A DNA stretch of 64,000 bases, taken from the IMG/VR virus record IMGVR_UViG_3300029828_000006, positions 1 through 64,000 of that record; one strand, written 5' to 3'. Origin of the DNA: a virus (taxonomy: Duplodnaviria; Heunggongvirae; Uroviricota; Caudoviricetes). Within the stretch, counting starts at the first letter, position 1, and every line of letters starts with the position of its first letter. A program made the translations under genes and the position numbers. This document shows, piece by piece, positions 57,470 to 64,000 of this stretch. The notes under the pieces are model-generated. The model did not search any database, was not told the origin of the DNA, and saw only the letters and a list, made by a program, of their open reading frames with translations.

Positions 57470-59128
57470 TCAGCGCATCAGAATTGGCTTACCGACGATT
57501 CGGCGAGCTGTACCGGTCGGACAAACAGACCAGGACACTTCCCACAGATCGATGTCCTTTTGGACAACCTGAACAACATATGGATCTTCACCCTGGGACT
57601 TGTCACGTGGAGTAACCAGCGCACCGGCTGCAACGTAACGGTCAAGCAATTCAGTCATTGCTTTCATTAGCGTTTCTTTGGTAATGCCATCCGGTTCGTG
57701 CTTAATCGCCTGAGCTACTTCATAGAAATCTCTGGCGATGGCGTTCATCAAGGAAGACACATGCTGGAATCGCAGATAGTTGTTTTTGCTGTAAGTTGTT
57801 AAAGAGTCGTCAATGTAAACGGACCCGTCAGCAGCAACTGAAACTGGATTAATGCGCGCAAGAACGAACGCTTCACGATCAACTGCACCGATATTTGGAA
57901 TTCGGGCAATGTTCTGTCGATCAATAATCGCGCGTGATATACCTGCCGGTGCGTAATGCCAACCACCAACATCCGGTACCAGCGCCACTCCTTTTGCTTT
58001 CGCTACGAATGCGTCGCAGCTAATGCCATAGACGACATTCATTCCAGTGAAAGTATCTCGGCAGGAGAGCGGGAAGTAGTAACGGCTTGGTTGATGTGAG
58101 CCGCCAAAACTATGGCTTTTCGCTTCTGAAATAGCGTTTTCAGGTGTCTGGTTGCCCTTCAGGTCATAGAACATGTCTACGCGAACATCTTCAGCCAGCT
58201 TTTTGATTGCGGCTAAGGCGGATGCGTCATAACAACCCAGTGACAGCAATGCGGTGTAATTAACCTCTGAAGCTTCGAGAACCTTTAATGCTTCCAGATA
58301 GTCTTCAGTGTCAATTTCGGACAGATCTCCATCAGTACCACCTTCAAAAGCCACATCCTCAAAAATGAGTTGAGCAGCGGATGCTTCTGCATTATCTGCC
58401 AGTACGGCACCAATGCGAGTGGACTGGCTTTCAAGCAGTGTCGGAATCCATGCTGGTTGGCCCATGTCGTTAGTGCCTTCTGGATTGAAAGACACTTGGT
58501 GGCTTTCCAGCACCTCAATGGACCCATCGGTTTGTTTTTCTTTCAGCGTCAGCGTAAAGAGTTCGCTTTCTTCATCATCGCGAGTTAGTGATAACGTGCG
58601 ATTTTGAGATGCATCACCATCTTTGATGAAGAATAATGCCTTCTCTTCACCTTTAATCTGGGGCGTCTCTTTGGGTGTGAAGGACACTGATTGAGTCGTT
58701 GCAGTTGAAGCAACACCAACGCTTAATGTGTCACCTGGATTTACTGTGGTTTCAGTAGGTTCAACGGAAAGTTCTTTGCTCGCCTTTGCCGCTTTTGCTT
58801 TGCCCACAACGGAAACAGAAATACCCGGCACCTTCATGTCTTTAGCGCAAACTCGAACGACATATCCAGAGCCGCCTTTTACTGCACGCTCCACGTGGCG
58901 ATATGGTTCAAATGCCGCGCCCTGGCGAGGGTGAATCGGTGAACCTAATACGCTTTGATAAGTCGTATCGTCAACTTTCAGTACCTTACCCGGTGCGCCA
59001 CGACGCGATATTACAAGCCCAGCAAAGACGGATGCGCCACCGCTGGTATTGGTGAGGGTAGCGTCAGCATTTACTGACATTACAGCAACGCCAGCTGCCT
59101 GCCCTACCGAAAAACTAATCTTATTCAT
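57470..59128 (-). CDS. tail sheath protein
   Basis: 552 aa; C-terminal GGWHYAPAGISRAIID...RINPV matches the contractile-sheath signature as in T4 gp18. Confidence 0.7.
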   Translation of the reverse strand: MNKISFSVGQAAGVAVMSVNADATLTNTSGGASVFAGLVISRRGAPGKVLKVDDTTYQSVLGSPIHPRQGAAFEPYRHVERAVKGGSGYVVRVCAKDMKVPGISVSVVGKAKAAKASKELSVEPTETTVNPGDTLSVGVASTATTQSVSFTPKETPQIKGEEKALFFIKDGDASQNRTLSLTRDDEESELFTLTLKEKQTDGSIEVLESHQVSFNPEGTNDMGQPAWIPTLLESQSTRIGAVLADNAEASAAQLIFEDVAFEGGTDGDLSEIDTEDYLEALKVLEASEVNYTALLSLGCYDASALAAIKKLAEDVRVDMFYDLKGNQTPENAISEAKSHSFGGSHQPSRYYFPLSCRDTFTGMNVVYGISCDAFVAKAKGVALVPDVGGWHYAPAGISRAIIDRQNIARIPNIGAVDREAFVLARINPVSVAADGSVYIDDSLTTYSKNNYLRFQHVSSLMNAIARDFYEVAQAIKHEPDGITKETLMKAMTELLDRYVAAGALVTPRDKSQGEDPYVVQVVQKDIDLWEVSWSVCPTGTARRIVGKPILMR

Positions 59129-59195
59129 GCTGGTTCTTATCCTCTAAAGCGAGAGAACGAGGCAAGGCTACCCACGGTTAATGGGCAGCCTCTGA

Positions 59196-59474
59196 TCAGG
59201 ATTCGCTTACCGTGAAGTTGTCGCCTACGGTTACTTCTTTCGTAGTTGGTTCAACACTGACGGCGCTTACGCTTTTAGGTGCCTCCCTAACAGTGACTGT
59301 GCACTGTGCGGTTTTATTGCCGTCATTTGTTTTGATTGTCAGCACTGCCTGCCCGGCCTTAAGAGCGGTACATGTAGTGCCATCAACCTGGACAATTTCA
59401 GGGTGATCTGACTCAACAGTGAAAGATTTGTCTGTTGCGTCAGATGGCGTGATAGTTACTTGAATGTTTGCCAT
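59196..59474 (-). CDS. Ig-like (Big_2) domain protein (92 aa)
   Basis: Beta-rich TVTV...LTIKT...CTVTV pattern; AGGAGA RBS. Confidence 0.45.
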   Translation of the reverse strand: MANIQVTITPSDATDKSFTVESDHPEIVQVDGTTCTALKAGQAVLTIKTNDGNKTAQCTVTVREAPKSVSAVSVEPTTKEVTVGDNFTVSES

Positions 59475-59621
59475 TCTTTTCTCCTGAACGCCCCTTATTC
59501 AGGGGCGTGTTTTTGCCTTACTTCTGCTTTGTTTTTTTCTGTGCCTTTGAAGTGTTCGCGGCGATAGTTTCACCTTCATCTACGTCAAGTGACGTTGGTG
59601 ATACCGACACGTTCGCCACCA

Positions 59622-61319
59622 TCACTTTTTTTCGTTAACCTTGCCTGTCAGCATGTCGATAGCACCTTCTTTGGCACGAGTCAGACGCAGGCGGGTGAAG
59701 TAGTTTTCACCGTTGCGAGGATGTACTTCGTTGATGGCACTGCCCCAGAGAGTGGTACGGTTAACGAGAGACGGATTGGTTTCGTGCACGTAAGGGATTG
59801 CTGGGACTGCATCACCAGCAATCAGACCGGCTTTACCGATGCCTTCGCCACGCCCATAGAAGAAGATGTCATCCAGCCCGAAGTCATATCCCTGTGCCTG
59901 GAATTGCTCACAGACAGGTTGCGGCACTTCGTAAATACGAATCGTGCCAAACAGGGTGCCGATGTACTGTACATACGGCGACTGAACGTAACCTGGTGCG
60001 ATCTGGAAGTGCTGTGGAGGCAGAGAGCGCAGGAAGTTCGCGGCGTCACCACCAGCAAAGCCGCCACGAATACCCGTTGTCAGGGTACGATTTGCCATTT
60101 CTTGAGACAGAGCGTTTACTACGTGACGCAGGAGGCCGACCCAGGACTCATAGTTTTGAGCTTCCGGCAGAGCCACATCAAATTCACGACCATAAACGGT
60201 ATGGAATACTAGGGTGCGCAGACGCATGATGTCAGTCTCATGGGAGATCCAGTTACGCATCGCGGAGAACTGAAGTGCCGCTAATTCAAGGCCGTGCTCA
60301 CGGCTTAAATCGGATGCGGACATTACCGTGTGTTCGGATGCAATTACGTACTGGGACGGACGAACTTCGTACTTACGCATAGCCTGGTTGATCACCGGAA
60401 TCAGGCTTGGATTGCGCTCGATGTTAATTTCGACCTGAACAGCAATTTCAGTACCTTCTGGCGGAGCCTGGGTAAATGTAATGTCAATGACACCAGTGTC
60501 ATAGGCAACTTTGGCAGTCGCTGAGAAAGCATTACCTTTGCTGTCTTTAGCATTGAAATAAAGGTTGCCATCGCCGTCGTCAACTTTGGACGGTTTGCGG
60601 TTGATCAGCAGTTTGTTATAACCAGCGCGAAGCGGGCAGGATTGTCCCTCAAAATTTTGGATGTCGAACTGGAAGGTTTTGGTGCTGCCATCCCCTTTAG
60701 TGGAAAGGGTATACAGGCGCTTCATTTGAGAATAAACACCAGCTGACTGCATATTCAGTTCGTCACCTTGTTTGAAGGTGCCGAATTTTGTGCCTGCTAC
60801 GTTGACCAGTTCATAAATATTTGACTCGTCACGATCACAAGGAACAAAAGTACAGGCATCACTGGTAGCAGCGCCCAGAGAGGCAGGCAGAATTAGAGCA
60901 GCATATTGAGCAACTTTCATTACGCCGTCAGAGCTACGCATTGATTGCGCGACAGACTCAAACATCGCCTTACCCGTGCCTTCATGGGTATCACTGGCAC
61001 ATTCAGTCATCAGGCGTTCAAGAGCCATGTGTGCGTTCGCCAGGATGTCACTTGCCGGGTAATGACCATGTTGACGTTTATACTCATGCAGAGACATAGC
61101 CCACCCACCAGTGATCTGACGAGCGACCTCTGGATTTACGCCTTCAAACATAGGCACTTTCTGGATTGCTTTATCCAGGTTTTCCATCATTACTGCCTGG
61201 TCAGCAATCATGTTGCCTGCTGCATCGGTGGTCGGATCGACGGTCATAGCCATGACGCTTGCCGCCCGATTCATAATCTCGCGCTCGCGATCACGAGCTG
61301 GCTGAATGTTTTTATTCAC
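59622..61319 (-). CDS. putative major head protein (565 aa)
   Basis: GTG start; size matches P1 major head precursor; upstream of sheath. Confidence 0.35.
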   Translation of the reverse strand: MNKNIQPARDREREIMNRAASVMAMTVDPTTDAAGNMIADQAVMMENLDKAIQKVPMFEGVNPEVARQITGGWAMSLHEYKRQHGHYPASDILANAHMALERLMTECASDTHEGTGKAMFESVAQSMRSSDGVMKVAQYAALILPASLGAATSDACTFVPCDRDESNIYELVNVAGTKFGTFKQGDELNMQSAGVYSQMKRLYTLSTKGDGSTKTFQFDIQNFEGQSCPLRAGYNKLLINRKPSKVDDGDGNLYFNAKDSKGNAFSATAKVAYDTGVIDITFTQAPPEGTEIAVQVEINIERNPSLIPVINQAMRKYEVRPSQYVIASEHTVMSASDLSREHGLELAALQFSAMRNWISHETDIMRLRTLVFHTVYGREFDVALPEAQNYESWVGLLRHVVNALSQEMANRTLTTGIRGGFAGGDAANFLRSLPPQHFQIAPGYVQSPYVQYIGTLFGTIRIYEVPQPVCEQFQAQGYDFGLDDIFFYGRGEGIGKAGLIAGDAVPAIPYVHETNPSLVNRTTLWGSAINEVHPRNGENYFTRLRLTRAKEGAIDMLTGKVNEKK

Positions 61320-61448
61320 GGTTAAGCCCTAAATTCGGGCGCGGCGTGAAGGTTCTTTTGACGGGCTAACAATACCTACTTTGTGATTTAGTCAATAGGT
61401 TTAGTAAAATAAAATATATTAACACGCATGTTGTTATGTGATTTAATT

Positions 61449-61464
61449 TTAGTTTTCTAACACA
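61449..61464 (-). promoter_or_regulatory. conserved motif (rc TGTGTTAGAAAACTAA)
   Basis: Between divergent major-head candidate (start 61319) and 61478 gene. Confidence 0.45.
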
Positions 61465-61477
61465 AATTATTAGAGTT

Positions 61478-61870
61478 ATGGCGTATCGAATCTTTGTTTC
61501 GTATAAAAATGGCGCTAAGAGCCACTCTCTGAACACAACAAGTCGCTTTCTTGTTGAGGCGCAGTTGGCATCAATTCTTGCTGAAAGTGAGATACTCTCG
61601 CTCGCTGAACGGATCGTTATCCAGTTTTCTGGTAGAGATATACTCAATGTCCCCGCCCTCACCCCGGCATCCGAAGTTATGGAATCAATTAAATGGCCTG
61701 TATGCGGATGTCCTGCCAGGGTTGAAGAGCCGGTAACTGCAACGCTCTACATGCCGAAAGCTGTAAGAGATTGGCTTGCTATGGTTGGCAATGGGAAAGT
61801 CAGTGCTGGACTTCGCAAGTTAATTGAAATGGCAGATATTCCTGAGTTAAAAAATGCATGGCGACAATGA
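61478..61870 (+). CDS. hypothetical protein (130 aa)
   Basis: ATG immediately after conserved motif. Confidence 0.45.
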   Translation: MAYRIFVSYKNGAKSHSLNTTSRFLVEAQLASILAESEILSLAERIVIQFSGRDILNVPALTPASEVMESIKWPVCGCPARVEEPVTATLYMPKAVRDWLAMVGNGKVSAGLRKLIEMADIPELKNAWRQ

Positions 61871-61886
61871 GTAAACAAGGGACAAA

Positions 61887-62345
61887 ATGAGTCACGTTAA
61901 CCCATCAAAAACACAATATCGCTTAATGCTGGCGATCGCGTCAGCTATACCAACCAGCCTGAATCCCCCGACAGGCTATCCCGCTGTTGTTGATGATTGT
62001 TTTCAGTATTACGGAGAAGACATCCTGAGCCAGTCAAAAGCGCTCAAGCAGTTATGTAAGGCAGGTATTCTTCACTGTATCGGAGATCCGGACGATTTTG
62101 TTGTTATGCTGGCGGATCGTGACTCTTTTCTACTGTCCTGGAAAGCTGGTGCGCGCGAAGCACGTTTGGGGAATGGTATTGGTTACATAGACTATAGCGA
62201 TTGTCCGCTGGCATTTGCTGGTGGATATATGCATTGGCATGAGCGAAATAGGGGCCGTCAGCGTCAGTATCGTTTGAGTGACTTTAACGTCTGTCACGGT
62301 TTCGAAGAAGCTGACAGCCAGGACATCTGGCTTCAGGAGCCTTGA
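61887..62345 (+). CDS. hypothetical protein (152 aa)
   Basis: No domain recognised. Confidence 0.4.
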   Translation: MSHVNPSKTQYRLMLAIASAIPTSLNPPTGYPAVVDDCFQYYGEDILSQSKALKQLCKAGILHCIGDPDDFVVMLADRDSFLLSWKAGAREARLGNGIGYIDYSDCPLAFAGGYMHWHERNRGRQRQYRLSDFNVCHGFEEADSQDIWLQEP

Positions 62346-62665
62346 TCCCCCTTCCCTTCCCAAATCTCCCTGTTTCTTTGGTTATTCAGTGCGTTTCGTT
62401 GGTTGCATTCGTCGATCGTGCTGAATAACTGTTCAGCGTATGTCGGATACTTGTTTAACAGCACTGGCGTGTCTTCTGGCACTAAACAAGGGGAGTAATC
62501 AATCAGATTTGCCTGCGGCCTGCTGGTGGCTTCTACGGTAATTTTCACTGGCACGCTGGTTGATGGCTTTTGCCCGTTCCCGCTGCATCCTGATAACGTC
62601 ATCAGGCACACGCACATCGTTAATCCCAGCACGGCGTAACGCATTTTCAAGGCGAGTGATTTCAT
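62333..62665 (-). CDS. o-spanin lipoprotein (Rz1-like), embedded
   Basis: Lipobox LMTLSGC; +1-frame ORF overlapping the 3' half of the i-spanin gene. Confidence 0.55.
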   Translation of the reverse strand: MKSLALKMRYAVLGLTMCVCLMTLSGCSGNGQKPSTSVPVKITVEATSRPQANLIDYSPCLVPEDTPVLLNKYPTYAEQLFSTIDECNQRNALNNQRNREIWEGKGDQGS

Positions 62666-62972
62666 TCTGGCTTTCCTCCCGTTGTTTGATTAGGTTGGCA
62701 TTCAGTTCTGCTGTTTTGCGCTGGTACTCCTTTTCCAGTGCTTTAATTCTTTCGTTTTCGGACAGCATGGCTGAGCGAGCGTTCTCACTTAACTGTAATG
62801 CGGTAGAAAGCGTGTTGTTCGTGCTTTCCAGTTGTGATTTTGAGTCTTCAAGCGATCGGACATACCTGATGTGTTCGATAACTGCCGTCGTTGTTCGGTA
62901 AATTCCAGAAATGGCTAAAAGCGCAATTACAATCAAAATTATCTTTTTCAAAACCATCCTCTTTAGGTTCAT
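62499..62972 (-). CDS. i-spanin (Rz-like)
   Basis: N-terminal TM helix then coiled coil; overlaps o-spanin. Confidence 0.55.
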   Translation of the reverse strand: MNLKRMVLKKIILIVIALLAISGIYRTTTAVIEHIRYVRSLEDSKSQLESTNNTLSTALQLSENARSAMLSENERIKALEKEYQRKTAELNANLIKQREESQNEITRLENALRRAGINDVRVPDDVIRMQRERAKAINQRASENYRRSHQQAAGKSD

Positions 62973-63027
62973 CTTTGGTGTTAAACATGTACCAATTCAC
63001 ATCCTTTTGTGTTCCTAAGTGGTGTTG

Positions 63028-63834
63028 CTATTGTTCCTTTTTGGTGTTCTTTTGGAGCGCATCGATAACGCCTTGTGGCATGATTAAACTGATTGCCGGA
63101 CTCATTACTGCATCATCCAGTAGAGAACCAGTTAACGTGATGGCGACAGCGTTCTCTAAACCTTTGGTTGCCTGAGTGGTTGACGTTTTAATGCGACCTG
63201 TAAGGGTTACGACACTCTCACTTGCTGAGTTAATTTCGGAGAGTAAAACTTCGGCGGCTGCCACTGCTTCCCGTAAAGCATCAATTTCATCCTGAGTAAT
63301 GACTGGAGCCTGAGCGCCCCCAGCACCACCCTGTCCACCATTGCTATCACCACCACCAGCACTTCCGGCAGCTTCTATTTTTGCGTTAATGGCGTTCATG
63401 GCGGTTTTCAGAGCATCAAGTTTTAGCGCCGCCAATGCGTCCGTTAATGAATGCGGTATGGAAACATTACCCATCCCCTCCACGAGAGCGAATGCTGGCG
63501 TGGGTGCCAGTTCATTACCTTTTGCGTGGCATTCCCAGCCAATCTTCATCTGTAACAGCTCTGATGGCTTGGTGTATGGGGAAAGAGAATCAGCCAGTAA
63601 TGAAGACGCTTTGCTGGCCTCATTGAGCTGTTCAGAAAAGCCAAGCAATTGAGTAGTCCAGGCCGAAACAGAATCAGGATAGGCTTTATCGGCGTGAACT
63701 ATTCCCTGTATGGCGCTGGCGAGCGATGAGGCTTTTACAGAAGCTGCCCGGCTTATGGTTATAGATTCTGGTGTAGAGATACCGGCATCTGACAGAATTT
63801 TGAAGGCTTTAACTTCACCTATTGAATCAAGCAT
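63028..63834 (-). CDS. hypothetical protein (about 268 aa from internal ATG)
   Basis: Track ORF extends to 63933 with a Cys/Arg-rich unlikely N-terminus; Gly-rich linker. Confidence 0.35.
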   Translation of the reverse strand: MLDSIGEVKAFKILSDAGISTPESITISRAASVKASSLASAIQGIVHADKAYPDSVSAWTTQLLGFSEQLNEASKASSLLADSLSPYTKPSELLQMKIGWECHAKGNELAPTPAFALVEGMGNVSIPHSLTDALAALKLDALKTAMNAINAKIEAAGSAGGGDSNGGQGGAGGAQAPVITQDEIDALREAVAAAEVLLSEINSASESVVTLTGRIKTSTTQATKGLENAVAITLTGSLLDDAVMSPAISLIMPQGVIDALQKNTKKEQ

Positions 63835-64000
63835 TATGCAACCTGAAAAATATCCTCGCCGTTGGCGATAACAGAACCACAAGAAAGCGGATCGCCTACA
63901 CAGACAACTCCCTTTCCACCTATCGAAAACCATACTCGCGTCGATACAGCTGCCCCTGGATGTGCACTGTTACCGTCAGTGTGACTGGGAAACATGGCAC

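Noticed and set aside
1-64000. Insertion sequences, transposases and the P1 EcoP1 res/mod genes
   Set aside because: No transposase-like translation or terminal inverted repeats found by eye, and no large restriction or modification ORF other than DarB; absence is noted, not proven.

Overview
This window reads as a contiguous piece of a P1-like temperate phage-plasmid, mostly transcribed on the minus strand. All calls rest on reading the sequence and six-frame translations and on recalled family signatures; no database search was run. Recognisable modules in order: a run of small plus-strand genes; a LexA-box-preceded humD-phd-doc cluster; a five-gene accessory operon (including a trimeric dUTPase and a DUF2829-like fusion) lying downstream of a diverged Cre-like recombinase with a lox-like 13-8-13 site; a candidate immunity repressor at the c1 position; lpa-pacA-pacB packaging genes with a GATC-rich candidate pac site; a TerB-like tci module; an expanded array of five tRNAs (Ile-CAU, Ser-UGA, Thr-UGU, Tyr-GUA, Arg-UCU) interleaved with tRNA-sized long-stem hairpin repeats; about 1.2 kb of further structured non-coding DNA; accessory genes and a giant DarB-like methyltransferase-helicase; an immI-like antirepressor module; a RepL-like gene with internal palindromes; head, DarA-like and LydA/LydB lysis genes; the Cin/cix invertible tail-fibre segment (S, U, U', Sv'); baseplate and Sit-like genes; a RepA-iteron plasmid replicon; sheath and head genes; and an overlapping spanin pair. 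The most unusual signals are the hairpin repeat family around the tRNA array, a 16-bp motif recurring at 11 intergenic sites that parallels the P1 C1-operator regulon, three DUF2829 (Tad2-like) domains, and the non-P1 gene content at the locus where P1 carries res/mod. I could not tie any one of these to a single defined new system; they are listed as separate candidates.
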